Positions 37,777-47,131 are shown, counted from the stretch's first letter. The stretch: DNA of 64,000 nucleotides from an uncultured Candidatus Saccharibacteria bacterium (GCA_964520645.1 CAZFND010000003.1:881-64880); one strand, 5' to 3'. Notes: generated from the letters alone by a model not told the origin. Numbers and translations: made by a program.

Positions 37777-38652
37777 TCAAAAGATGAGGTGTAATTGCCC
37801 AAGATTTTCTTTGATATATCCCTTCATCTCCAAGAGAGAAATCAAAATATTTACTTCATGAGTGGGTAATTCAATTTTTCTGATAAGATCATCGCGTGTT
37901 TGAGCATCTTGGAGTATATGTAGAATCTTTTTTTCAGTTTCACTGCAGTCTGGATATCTTTCTTCAAACGTTAAAGATAATTTTTGAGTTTCATGTGGTA
38001 GGGCAAAGCCGAGTGCTTCATGTAAATCTTCTGAGCATGTAATCGGTGTCGCCCCAAGTTTCAATAATAGATGTGGCCCTTCAGAATTGGGAGAAAATAT
38101 AGAGCCAGGAATAGTCAGTACATCTCTATTATAGTCTGTTGCAAGGCGAGCAGTAATAAGAGTTCCTGACTTTTTCTCTGCTTCTATTATAAGAACAGCA
38201 TGTGAGATCCCTGACATTATTCTATTACGCTTGGGGAATGCCCATATAGTAGAAGCAAAGTCTGGTTCAAATTCTGACAATAGCCCACCACCTGCTTCCA
38301 CAATTTGCTCTGCAAACTTTCTGTTAGCATTTGGATAAAGCACATCTTTACCCAGTCCTGAGCCGGGAACGGCTAATGTGTGCAAACCTGCATTCAGTGC
38401 CGCTTTGTGCGCTACGGTGTCTATTCCAATAGCTAAGCCGGATACTATACTTACATTCTTTCCTTTAAGACTTGAGATGAGTTTTTCACATACGTCTTTG
38501 CCATACTGCGTATGTCTTCGTGCTCCAACGACACACAAGACTTTGGCATCCGGTGGTGGCAAATTGCCATGCACCCACAAATCTTTAGGTGGAGCAGGGA
38601 TTTCTAATAATTGTGGGGGGAATTCTGATTTTGATAGTTTTTTTATTTGCAT
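37777..38652 (-). CDS. dprA: DNA-processing protein DprA (Smf)
   Basis: Rossmann-like core VVGARRHTQYG…SGLAIGIDTVAHKAAL. Classic dprA-topA linkage. Confidence 0.8.
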   Translation of the reverse strand: MQIKKLSKSEFPPQLLEIPAPPKDLWVHGNLPPPDAKVLCVVGARRHTQYGKDVCEKLISSLKGKNVSIVSGLAIGIDTVAHKAALNAGLHTLAVPGSGLGKDVLYPNANRKFAEQIVEAGGGLLSEFEPDFASTIWAFPKRNRIMSGISHAVLIIEAEKKSGTLITARLATDYNRDVLTIPGSIFSPNSEGPHLLLKLGATPITCSEDLHEALGFALPHETQKLSLTFEERYPDCSETEKKILHILQDAQTRDDLIRKIELPTHEVNILISLLEMKGYIKENLGQLHLIF

Positions 38653-38779
38653 ACTATAAAGAAAAATAAGATTTGAAAGTCTTAGGGTCGCTGCGCTCAA
38701 CCAGACTTCCAAATCTCACTTTTCTTTCCCAATTCTACAATTTTTGATATGATGAAAAGATCAATTTTTCTTAAAAATC

Positions 38780-40054
38780 ATGTTAGATATTAAATTCATC
38801 AGAGAGAACAAGGATCTTGTTAAAGAGGGAGCACGGAAGAAACATATAGACTTTAATGTTGAAGACCTCATTGCAAGTGATGACAAACGGCGAGAAATTC
38901 TTGCAATTGTTGAACAAAAGCGTGGTGAGCAAAATGCTGCCAGTGAAAAGATTGCTCGTGCTGCAACTCCGGAAGAGCGCCAAGCGCTTATCGACTCAAT
39001 GCAAGAAGTAAAGAAGACACTTCAGGCTGAAGAGGAGAAACTCAAAGAAGTTATGAAAGAATGGCAAGGACTCATGGTGCGAGTTCCTAATATTCCTGAT
39101 ATTTCTGTCCCAGAAGGTGAGAGTGATGCTCAAAATATGGAAGTACGAACATGGGGTGAAATTCCAAAATTTTCGTTTACTCCAAAGTCTCACATTGATC
39201 TCATGACTGCACATAACATGGTAGACCTGGATAGAGGTTCTAAAGTAGCAGGCTTCCGAGGATACTTTTTAAAGAATGATGGTGCATTACTTTCTTTTGC
39301 GCTCTGGCAATATGTGCTTGAAGTATTTACAGGAACAAAAGGCTTTACTCCCATGATTGCACCATCTCTTGTAAACAGACAACCATTTATTGGAACAGGA
39401 TATCTTCCACAAAGTGAAGAAGATCTCTACAAGACTCAAGATGGAGATTATCTTGCTGGAACTGCAGAAGTTTCTACTATGGGATATTTTATGGATGAAA
39501 TGATTGATAAAGAAAAGCTTCCTATGAAATTTATTTCATTTTCTCCATGTTTCCGACGTGAAGCAGGAAGTCATGGTAAAGATACAAAGGGAATCATGCG
39601 TGTTCATGAATTTTATAAATTAGAACAAGTAGTTCTCTGTACAGCCGATCATCAAGAGTCAGTAAAGCTTCATGAAGAGCTCACAGCAAATGCAGAAGAA
39701 CTTCTTCAGGCGCTCAATCTCCCATATCATGTCGTCGTAAACTGCGGAGGAGATCTCGGACTTGGTCAGGTGAAGAAATATGACATAGAGTCATGGGTTC
39801 CGTCTGAGAATAAATACAGAGAGACACATTCTTCATCATACTTTCACGATTTCCAGACAAGAAGATTAAATATTAGATATAAAGATGCGGATGGAAAGCT
39901 CAAATTTGCACACTCTCTCAATAATACAGCGTTGGCAAGTCCCCGAATTCTGATTTCACTTATCGAAAACAATCAGCAAGAAGATGGATCAATCAAAATT
40001 CCAGAAGTATTGAGAAAGTATATGGGTGGTAGAGAATTTATTAAGAATGTTTAA
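38780..40054 (+). CDS. serS: serine--tRNA ligase
   Basis: N-terminal coiled-coil arm (MLDIKFIREN…) and class II catalytic core (FRRE…GxxGxxR). Confidence 0.9.
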   Translation: MLDIKFIRENKDLVKEGARKKHIDFNVEDLIASDDKRREILAIVEQKRGEQNAASEKIARAATPEERQALIDSMQEVKKTLQAEEEKLKEVMKEWQGLMVRVPNIPDISVPEGESDAQNMEVRTWGEIPKFSFTPKSHIDLMTAHNMVDLDRGSKVAGFRGYFLKNDGALLSFALWQYVLEVFTGTKGFTPMIAPSLVNRQPFIGTGYLPQSEEDLYKTQDGDYLAGTAEVSTMGYFMDEMIDKEKLPMKFISFSPCFRREAGSHGKDTKGIMRVHEFYKLEQVVLCTADHQESVKLHEELTANAEELLQALNLPYHVVVNCGGDLGLGQVKKYDIESWVPSENKYRETHSSSYFHDFQTRRLNIRYKDADGKLKFAHSLNNTALASPRILISLIENNQQEDGSIKIPEVLRKYMGGREFIKNV

Positions 40055-40898
40055 AAAATCTCCCCTCAAAGCTACACGACTCGTACGCCGAAAGCGTCGC
40101 ATACGCAATATTAAGATTGCTGCAATAATTATTGCAGTAATTTTGTTTGTTGCTGGAGCATCTTTTGTTACAAAATTAAAAACATTTGCTATTGCTACTA
40201 TTACTGTAGAAGGTAATTCGGCAATAGACGCAGGTGATATTGAGAGATTAGTCAAAAAAGATATTTCTGGAAGCTATCTCTATTTGTTCTCAAAATCAAA
40301 TATATTTTTATACCCTAAGAAAATAGTGCTTAATGATATTTCTACATTATTTAAAAGAGTAGATAATGTAACTATTTCTCGATCAGGATTGAATACGCTT
40401 ATTGTATCTATCCAAGAACGTGTGCCAGCATATACATGGTGCAAAGGCGAGCCGCCAGCAAAAAGAGATTGTTATTTAGTTGATGGACAAGGATATATTT
40501 TCTCAGAAGCACCAGTATTCTCGGGAAATGCATTCTTTGGATTTTATGGAAATTACACAGGTACAGAGCCTATTGGGGCAACTTACCTTAATGCAGAAAA
40601 ATTTAAATATATTGATACATTGATTGCATGGCTCAAAGAAAATGAAATACCTACCTATGCACTTTTGGCAAAAGATAATGATATGTACGAACTCTCATTA
40701 AATTCTGGAGGAAAAATAATATTTAAGAATTTGAAAAATGCGGAGGCTGTTTCTCTTTTAGAATCTACAATTAAAACGGTGATGCTTAATACCGATGTAT
40801 TCTCAAAAAATAGTGGATTGGAATACATAGATTTGCGATATGGTAATAAAGTGTACTACAAATTTACAGGGCAAAAGGACGTTAAGGAATCGCAGTAA
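40047..40898 (+). CDS. FtsQ/DivIB-like cell division protein (POTRA domain)
   Basis: Basic cytoplasmic N-terminus, single TM, and POTRA-like ITVEGNSAIDAGDIERLV. Confidence 0.5.
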   Translation: MFKKSPLKATRLVRRKRRIRNIKIAAIIIAVILFVAGASFVTKLKTFAIATITVEGNSAIDAGDIERLVKKDISGSYLYLFSKSNIFLYPKKIVLNDISTLFKRVDNVTISRSGLNTLIVSIQERVPAYTWCKGEPPAKRDCYLVDGQGYIFSEAPVFSGNAFFGFYGNYTGTEPIGATYLNAEKFKYIDTLIAWLKENEIPTYALLAKDNDMYELSLNSGGKIIFKNLKNAEAVSLLESTIKTVMLNTDVFSKNSGLEYIDLRYGNKVYYKFTGQKDVKESQ

Positions 40899-40989
40899 AA
40901 CATTCTCTTGAGCTTGATTTTTAGGCTATTTGTGTTATATTACATGCGGTGTCTTGTTCCTGTTTCAAGTCTTTTTGAAAGGGTCTTCC

Positions 40990-41391
40990 ATGAAAGCGTT
41001 CGGGTTTCTCATTGCCCTGATCATCAGCTTGGCGCTCTTTGCGCCAACTGCCAGGGCGGACCATGTTCGGGTGAACGTGAGCATCGGTGCCCGGTACTGT
41101 GCACCACCTCCGGTGGTGTACAGGCACTACCGCCGTCCGGTGTACTGCGAGACCCGGGTTGTCTATGTGGAACCACCTCCTGTGGTGGTCTACCGGCAAC
41201 CTGTGGTCTGCGAACCTCCGCCGCGTGTCGTCTACGTTCAGCCGGTCCAAGTCTGTGAACCCCGTGTCGTGTATTACACCCCGCCACCCAAGCCCTGCTT
41301 CAACACGGCGCCGAGTTGGGATCCATGCACCAATGAACCGGTGCGGGTCTACTACAACGCCAGTTGGCAGACCAACGGTTTCTGTCGGTGA
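40990..41391 (+). CDS. small secreted Pro-rich, Cys-containing repeat protein (high-GC islet)
   Basis: Signal peptide MKAFGFLIALIISLALFAPTARA; repeats of PPPVV(V)YR and CE(T/P)R; about 8 Cys. A 60-nt hand count in the islet gives ~67% GC against ~33% in a flanking sample. Confidence 0.5.
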   Translation: MKAFGFLIALIISLALFAPTARADHVRVNVSIGARYCAPPPVVYRHYRRPVYCETRVVYVEPPPVVVYRQPVVCEPPPRVVYVQPVQVCEPRVVYYTPPPKPCFNTAPSWDPCTNEPVRVYYNASWQTNGFCR

Positions 41392-41411
41392 TACCCGTCT
41401 CTCTCCCCACC

Positions 41412-41449
41412 GCCGCTGCTGTTCCACTGTGGGACTGCAGCGGCTTTTT
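41412..41449 (+). terminator. GC-rich rho-independent terminator of the islet gene
   Basis: gccgctgc…gcagcggc followed by TTTTTATTT. Confidence 0.6.
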
Positions 41450-41489
41450 ATTTATATATTTTATAGTATAGTCATTTCATTATTTAAAT

Positions 41490-42455
41490 ATGAAAAATTT
41501 TTGGTCAGAATTAAAAAAGCCTTTCTTTGTACTGGCACCAATGGCAGATGTTACCGATGCTGCTTTTCGACGTGTCATCGCAAAATATGGAAAGCCTGAT
41601 GTGACATGGACAGAGTTTGTTTCTGCTGATGGCTTGGCATTTGCTCCCGAAGAAGGAAGAAAAAAGTTACTTCGCGATCTTATTTTTACTGAAGCAGAGC
41701 GGCCAATAGTAGCCCAATTTTTTACATCCAACCCCGAAAGCATGAGAAAAGCAGCCGAGCTTGCCTATGAACTTGGCTTTGATGGTATTGATATCAATAT
41801 GGGATGCCCTGATAAATCTATTGAAAAGCAGGGAGCAGGTGCTGCGATGATAAAAAATCCAAAGCTCGCACGTGAAGTTATTCGAGCTGCTCAAGAAGGT
41901 TCACATGGTCTTCCTGTTTCTGTTAAGACTCGAATTGGATTTAATAAAATAGAAATCGAAACCTGGTTGCCAGAACTTCTTGCAGAAAATCCTGTAGCTA
42001 TTACCGTGCATGCTCGTACTCGAAAAGAAATGTCAAAAGTTCCAGCTCAGTGGAATATGGTAAAGCGTGCAGTCGAAATTCGTAACGAATTAAAAAGTTC
42101 TACTCTTATTTTAGGGAACGGTGATGCAAAAGATCTTGTAGATGCAGAACATAAAATCAAAGAATCTGGTGCCGACGGCGTGATGCTTGGGAGAGCGATC
42201 TTCGGCAACCCTTGGCTGTTTAAAGAAAAAAATAACATATATCAACCCTCTATTAAAGAAAAGCTCGAAGTACTTGTAGAACACACAAAACTTTTTCAAG
42301 AACTGTTGGGGGATATAAAAAGCTTTGCAATTATGAAGAAGCACTATAAAGCATATGTGAATAATTTTGACGGTGCTGCCGAACTTCGCGGTAAACTTAT
42401 GGAGACTACGAGTGCAGAAGAGGTGGAGGCGATAATTAAAGATTTTCTAAAATAA
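41490..42455 (+). CDS. dusB: tRNA-dihydrouridine synthase
   Basis: LAPMADVTDAAFR…, DINMGCP FMN/TIM-barrel motifs. Confidence 0.8.
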   Translation: MKNFWSELKKPFFVLAPMADVTDAAFRRVIAKYGKPDVTWTEFVSADGLAFAPEEGRKKLLRDLIFTEAERPIVAQFFTSNPESMRKAAELAYELGFDGIDINMGCPDKSIEKQGAGAAMIKNPKLAREVIRAAQEGSHGLPVSVKTRIGFNKIEIETWLPELLAENPVAITVHARTRKEMSKVPAQWNMVKRAVEIRNELKSSTLILGNGDAKDLVDAEHKIKESGADGVMLGRAIFGNPWLFKEKNNIYQPSIKEKLEVLVEHTKLFQELLGDIKSFAIMKKHYKAYVNNFDGAAELRGKLMETTSAEEVEAIIKDFLK

Positions 42456-42504
42456 TTTTGCAATTTTTTATTAATATAGTAGATTTATCTATGGAGTTTG
42501 GTAT

Positions 42505-42641
42505 TGATTTTTCTCATTCACTCTTTTGCAAGGAGACGTCATGTACCACCAGACGGTCAAAGTCATCTTTCATCCTTGCGAATCGTGAAAGGGGGTGATC
42601 CACATCTAGAGAGTGAAACCACTGGGTAGTAACTCTCGAAA
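42505..42641 (+). ncRNA. candidate structured small RNA (unassigned family)
   Basis: ORF-free region with nested long-range helices (42517-24/42610-17 ttcactct/agagtgaa; 42528-34/42573-79 gcaagga/tccttgc). Ends in a canonical intrinsic terminator. Confidence 0.25.
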
Positions 42642-42684
42642 GGGCGGACAAAGCACTTCGTGTTGTGTCCGCCCTTTTATTTTA
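42642..42684 (+). terminator. rho-independent terminator
   Basis: gggcggaca…tgtccgccc followed by TTTTATTTTA. Confidence 0.7.
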
Positions 42685-42690
42685 CTTAAA

Positions 42691-42728
42691 AACCGCCTCA
42701 CCCTAACCCTCTCCTTACCAGGAGAGGG
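42691..42728. repeat. nested palindromic intergenic element, copy 3 (5' half only)
   Basis: aaccgcctcaccc…ccctctcc-ttacca-ggagaggg. Lacks the second hairpin and closing arm. Immediately precedes the dnaX -10 box. Confidence 0.5.
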
Positions 42729-42738
42729 AATTGTTTGT

Positions 42739-42744
42739 TATAAT
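42739..42744 (+). promoter_or_regulatory. TATAAT -10 element 6 nt upstream of the dnaX ATG (near-leaderless)
   Basis: ttgtttgtTATAATgtcgcaATG; no SD sequence. Confidence 0.35.
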
Positions 42745-42750
42745 GTCGCA

Positions 42751-43830
42751 ATGGCAAAACAAATCCAAGAAACTCATAGCGCTCTCTATCGCAAATATCG
42801 ACCTCAGAAATTCAGTGATGTTGTAGGACAAGATCATATTGTAAAAGTTCTTGAAGGCTCAATTAAACAAGGCAATATTGCCCATGCATACCTTTTTGCA
42901 GGAAGCCGTGGAACTGGCAAAACTTCTATTGCCCGCATTGTGTCACGAGAAATTGGTACGACTACAAATGATCTCTATGAAATCGACGCTGCATCTAATA
43001 GAGGTATCGACGATATTCGAGAAATTCGTGATGGAGTAAATACGCTTCCATTCGAATCAAAGTATAAGGTCTATATAATAGATGAAGTGCATATGCTTAC
43101 CAAAGAAGCATTCAATGCGCTCTTGAAGACCCTCGAAGAGCCACCAGCACATGCAGTTTTTATTCTCGCTACAACTGAGACTGACAAATTGCCTGAGACT
43201 GTCGTATCTCGTTGCCAAGTATTTACCTTCAAAAAGCCAAATCAGAAAATTCTAAAAGATGTCGTGCTCGACATTGCAAAGCAAGAAGGATTTACCCTCG
43301 AGCCTTCTTCTGCCGAGCTCATTGCACTACTTGGTGATGGATCATTCCGTGATACAGAAGGAATTTTGCAGAAAGTATTAAGCTCGTCACCGATCCCGCC
43401 TTCGCATGGCTCCGGCGAGGCAAAGAAAAAGATTTCCCAGCAGGAAGTAGAGCTCGTAACTGGCGCACCAAAGTCTGAGCTCATTAATAATTTTATTAAA
43501 GCATTGGATGAAAAGAATGCATCATTGGGACTCACATCGCTTCATGATGCATCTGCGCATAATATAGACATGGCAGTATTTACCAAGCTTGTGCTCTACA
43601 AGCTTCGCGCTGTCTTATTGCTCCGATACAGTCCAGATATGAAAGCGACAATAGAAGAAGAATTTTCTGAAACAGATTTCAAGCTTATTCAATCTCTTGC
43701 AGATAAGAAAGAATCAGGAATCAATTCAAAAGCTATTCTCGAAATTCTCAAAGCTCAAGAAAATAGTCGCTATTCACCAATCGCAGAATTGCCACTTGAG
43801 ATTGCTGTGGCGAATCTTACTGCAAATTAA
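42751..43830 (+). CDS. dnaX: DNA polymerase III subunit gamma/tau (short)
   Basis: YRKYRPQKF…VVGQDH, P-loop GSRGTGKTS, DEVHML, and an SRC sensor motif. Start reset to MAKQIQ (42751). Confidence 0.85.
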   Translation: MAKQIQETHSALYRKYRPQKFSDVVGQDHIVKVLEGSIKQGNIAHAYLFAGSRGTGKTSIARIVSREIGTTTNDLYEIDAASNRGIDDIREIRDGVNTLPFESKYKVYIIDEVHMLTKEAFNALLKTLEEPPAHAVFILATTETDKLPETVVSRCQVFTFKKPNQKILKDVVLDIAKQEGFTLEPSSAELIALLGDGSFRDTEGILQKVLSSSPIPPSHGSGEAKKKISQQEVELVTGAPKSELINNFIKALDEKNASLGLTSLHDASAHNIDMAVFTKLVLYKLRAVLLLRYSPDMKATIEEEFSETDFKLIQSLADKKESGINSKAILEILKAQENSRYSPIAELPLEIAVANLTAN

Positions 43831-44119
43831 AAACCGCCAGAAATTGAAGTTTTAGATATCCAAACTCGCAAGGTGATCTTCCTTGGTTATTTGAAGTCAT
43901 ATTCTCATCAATCTCTGACGGCCGTGATGGGTAGTACCAGGTAGTAAGGTTTTGAGTGGGTAATTAAGGGGTCCGGACCCCAGCGCTGAAGAAACCTGGC
44001 ACAAATGCAACAGTCCATTCTTACATTATAGGAGGGAATTACTGAAGTCAACTTGTGGGTTTGTCTTTAAGCCATTTTTGTAGTATTTTAGTCATACACC
44101 TTGCTTCATGCAGGTATTT

Positions 44120-44190
44120 TGCGGGATCGTCTAATGGTAGGACATATGCCTTTGGCGCATAGTATCTAGGTTCGAGTCCTAGTCCCGCAG
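44120..44190 (+). tRNA. tRNA-Gln (anticodon UUG)
   Basis: U1-A72 acceptor (tgcggga/tcccgca) typical of tRNA-Gln; anticodon loop cuUUGgc; T-loop ttcgagt. Confidence 0.7.
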
Positions 44191-44349
44191 CAGTCATGTG
44201 AGATATACCGAGACTCCTAAATCGGTCATGTTTCTAAATAATTTCTTTGAACCAGTCATGGGCTCGAACCGCCTTGAGGGGTGATGCAAAGGTATTAAAC
44301 CATTACGTCATAAGTTACAAAATTGAATAGTTGTGGTATTGTTTAATAT

Positions 44350-45000
44350 ATGAAAAAGATATACTTTGTACGCCATGGGGCTACTGGTGGTAATGAAAAA
44401 AACGAGTTCCAACATGGGCATATCCCACTATCTGACATGGGCTTAAAACAGGCAGAATTCGTTGCTGAACGGTTTAAAACTATTCATATAGACATTGTTG
44501 TTGCAAGTGATATGACGAGGGCAGCTCAAACAGCTGATACTGTCGCTAAAAAATTGGGTAAAGAGGTAGTCCATTCAAGTCTATTTCAGGAAATACTTCG
44601 TCCGAGCCATGTGCGCGGAAAGAGCAAGGATGATCCTGAGGTAAAAAAGATAATGGATGAAGTAAAAGCAAATTTTGATAATGCTGACTGGCATCATTCA
44701 GATGAGGAGAATTTTTTTGATATAAAAAATAGAGCAGTCAAAGCTCTTGACTACATTAGATCTCTTCCCGAAGAGAATATCTTGGTTGTAACACATGGCA
44801 ATTTTTTAGTTATGCTTATTGCAGTTATGGGATTTGGTGAAAATTTCACTTCAAAGCACTATAAACAAATGCAAAAATTCTTAATTGCTAAGAATACAGG
44901 TGTGACAATGGTAGATGAACATAAAGGAGAGTATTTCTTGTTGACATGGAACGACTATGCTCACTTAGGTGATGTAGATATTAAGCACGTATACTCTTAA
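44350..45000 (+). CDS. histidine phosphatase family protein (PGAM-like)
   Basis: N-terminal RHG motif (YFVRHGATGGN) and a second catalytic His region. Confidence 0.7.
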   Translation: MKKIYFVRHGATGGNEKNEFQHGHIPLSDMGLKQAEFVAERFKTIHIDIVVASDMTRAAQTADTVAKKLGKEVVHSSLFQEILRPSHVRGKSKDDPEVKKIMDEVKANFDNADWHHSDEENFFDIKNRAVKALDYIRSLPEENILVVTHGNFLVMLIAVMGFGENFTSKHYKQMQKFLIAKNTGVTMVDEHKGEYFLLTWNDYAHLGDVDIKHVYS

Positions 45001-45021
45001 ATCACTAAGAAGATCAACTTT

Positions 45022-46065
45022 ATGAATCCCGAATCTATAAATATATACGATCGATTGCCCGATGATCACGAATTAATTGAAAAATATCAACCTAAATTTA
45101 TAAATCGTGGTGGTGATCATCTTGTATATGAAGTTGTTGATCATCCTGAAATAGTTATTAAAGCATCAACTTTCAAAATTAAAGATATTATTAGTGAAAA
45201 TGCTGAATCTGGTGGTGAGCTGAATTCGTTGTCAGACATACAAAGAGAGAATTTGCAGAAAGAGTTAGACGAGAAAAATCAGCAAATTAAGGAACTACGT
45301 CAATACTTTGGTAAGGAGCACACCTTATCTGAAAGGAGGTACTTAATGAAAGTCCCAATCTCAAAACAAATACTCGACGAAATATTTTTTGATGATTGGA
45401 AAAACCGTGAATTACCAATAGGTTCAGACGATCTCAATGAAGTATGGTCAGCTGTAATTGTTCAAAAATATACTGAAGAGATCAGTAATCCAGAACATTT
45501 AAGCTTGAATTTTGGTGGCTTTTTAGAAGAGAGGGGATATGATTCAGCAGAGTATAAAAAAATAAATGACGCGTTTATTTTAAGGCATAATGTAAGTTCA
45601 GAGGATATAGAATTATTCTTTAAACTCCAGGATAATCCGGAGAAGCATGCTTTAGCTGACATAATCAATAAAGCAGAATCGGATCAAAAACTCAGGGATG
45701 TACTTGAAGATTTTATAACGAGAACTATAAAGTATACTAATGAAACAGGGAACATTCTTGCGCTTTCAGGTCAAGATAATATTATTTTGTATGAGAAAGA
45801 TGGTGACTGGCAATACCTTTTAGTTGACGCAGTTCCTGTGCATAATGAGCCAGTTTTTAAGGATGCTCAGGATGCAATTGATAGATATCTACAGGGTGAA
45901 GAATTATCAAAGCATGAAATGACATTGATCATGAAATCATTAAATTTTACGCGAGTAATAAATGGTATCTCGAGTAGTTTAGCTTTTAGTGATGGCCTTA
46001 ATTTAGTTGAACAATTGGGTGATAACAAGGATATTGATTTCGAAAAGCTGTTAAATAACAGTTAG
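45022..46065 (+). CDS. hypothetical protein, possibly protein-kinase-like fold
   Basis: Gly-rich loop INRGGDHLVYEV followed by VIK and a later LLVDAVPV. Weak assignment made by eye only. Confidence 0.25.
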   Translation: MNPESINIYDRLPDDHELIEKYQPKFINRGGDHLVYEVVDHPEIVIKASTFKIKDIISENAESGGELNSLSDIQRENLQKELDEKNQQIKELRQYFGKEHTLSERRYLMKVPISKQILDEIFFDDWKNRELPIGSDDLNEVWSAVIVQKYTEEISNPEHLSLNFGGFLEERGYDSAEYKKINDAFILRHNVSSEDIELFFKLQDNPEKHALADIINKAESDQKLRDVLEDFITRTIKYTNETGNILALSGQDNIILYEKDGDWQYLLVDAVPVHNEPVFKDAQDAIDRYLQGEELSKHEMTLIMKSLNFTRVINGISSSLAFSDGLNLVEQLGDNKDIDFEKLLNNS

Positions 46066-46074
46066 ATATAGAAA

Positions 46075-47121
46075 ATGAATAAACTAGCAAGCAATGAACA
46101 TTCAGCTGAAGTAAAAGTACCAGTTGATCTAAGATGGAAAGATGATCAGTTATTTGTTGTTCTATTTACTATGAAAAGAACTCATTTTCGTGACCCGTTT
46201 TTTATTGATTCATTGGCTAAAGTATACGACATTCTCCACTCACAAATTAAATTACCTGAGGAAAATGAACCATTAGCACGACCTATTTTTTATGATGAAA
46301 ATAGTCCATACGTGACATTAGTACCAATATCTCAATTTATTAGAGAATATAATGTAGCTGTTAAAGAAAAAAGACTAAATTTTATATTTCATATGTCCCG
46401 ATGTGGTTCAACATTAGCGTCACAGATGCTTGCTACATGTGATAGATTTTTTGTGTTATCAGAACCAATAATTATTAACGCAGTATTAGATCCTGCTCTT
46501 AATGTTTCTGTTGATGAGAGAAAGAAGTTGTTTTCTGCATGTATTAACGCTTTAGTTTCTATTGCACCAGAATCATCTGAGGAGGTCTTTGTTAAATTCA
46601 GGAGTTGGAACATCTTCTATTTAGATTTGATTATCAGTGAGTTCCCACTTGTAAGATGGATCTATATTCACCGTAATGGTGTTGAGGTATTGTCATCTGT
46701 ACTGGCAAAACCACCTGGTTGGTTAAGGAGCCGTATTAGTTATGCAAAATACTTTGCCGAGTTATTAAGTGTTAAAAGTGAATTAATTAGGCAAATGACT
46801 ATGGATGAGTTTGTTGCAAGAATATTAGGTGTGTTTTGCCGAACCGCGTTAGCTCACAAGTCAGACAGGTCATGTTTTCTGGAATATACCTATTTAAAGA
46901 AAGATTTCATAAATATTTTATCTAGTCATAATAATATTGTTGTAAGTAAAGATGAGAAAAAGAGAATGATAGAAGCATCTGAAATATACTCAAAAGACAC
47001 GAAAAAGGAAAAGACTTTTGTTCCAGATAGTGACGCAAAAAGATTGAGTGCAACACAGGATCAGGTTGAATTAGTAAATAGATTTGTCGAGAGTGAGCGT
47101 GTAAGGTTAATTAATAATTAA
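46075..47121 (+). CDS. sulfotransferase family protein (PAPS-binding motifs)
   Basis: 5'-PSB-like FIFHMSRCGSTLAS and 3'-PB-like RWIYIHRNGVEVLSS (an RxPxD-type motif). Confidence 0.55.
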   Translation: MNKLASNEHSAEVKVPVDLRWKDDQLFVVLFTMKRTHFRDPFFIDSLAKVYDILHSQIKLPEENEPLARPIFYDENSPYVTLVPISQFIREYNVAVKEKRLNFIFHMSRCGSTLASQMLATCDRFFVLSEPIIINAVLDPALNVSVDERKKLFSACINALVSIAPESSEEVFVKFRSWNIFYLDLIISEFPLVRWIYIHRNGVEVLSSVLAKPPGWLRSRISYAKYFAELLSVKSELIRQMTMDEFVARILGVFCRTALAHKSDRSCFLEYTYLKKDFINILSSHNNIVVSKDEKKRMIEASEIYSKDTKKEKTFVPDSDAKRLSATQDQVELVNRFVESERVRLINN

Positions 47122-47131
47122 AAGTGAATAT

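Noticed and set aside
40908-41599. Overlapping ORFs 40908-41258 (+), 40921-41427 (-), 41024-41287 (-), 41087-41599 (+) in the second high-GC islet
   Set aside because: Same high-GC artefact. The 40990-41391 (+) frame is the only one with a signal peptide, repeats and a terminator.
42456-42690. Calling the dnaX-upstream RNA an SRP RNA outright
   Set aside because: Synteny supports it, but the conserved domain IV motifs (GNRA tetraloop with AGGxCAGG / AAGCAGCC) were not recognisable by eye. Left as an unassigned ncRNA candidate.
43950-44000. ggggtccggacccc palindrome and an ACCAGGT…CCTGGCAC helix between dnaX and tRNA-Gln as a possible SRP RNA helix 8
   Set aside because: Superficial resemblance only (ACCAGG, GGTCCGGA). 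No GNRA loop and no AAGCAGCC strand.
44243-44320. Possible additional tRNA downstream of tRNA-Gln (ggctcgaaccgcc segment)
   Set aside because: Could not fold an acceptor/D/anticodon cloverleaf in either orientation. Kept only as a tRNA-like fragment in the findings.
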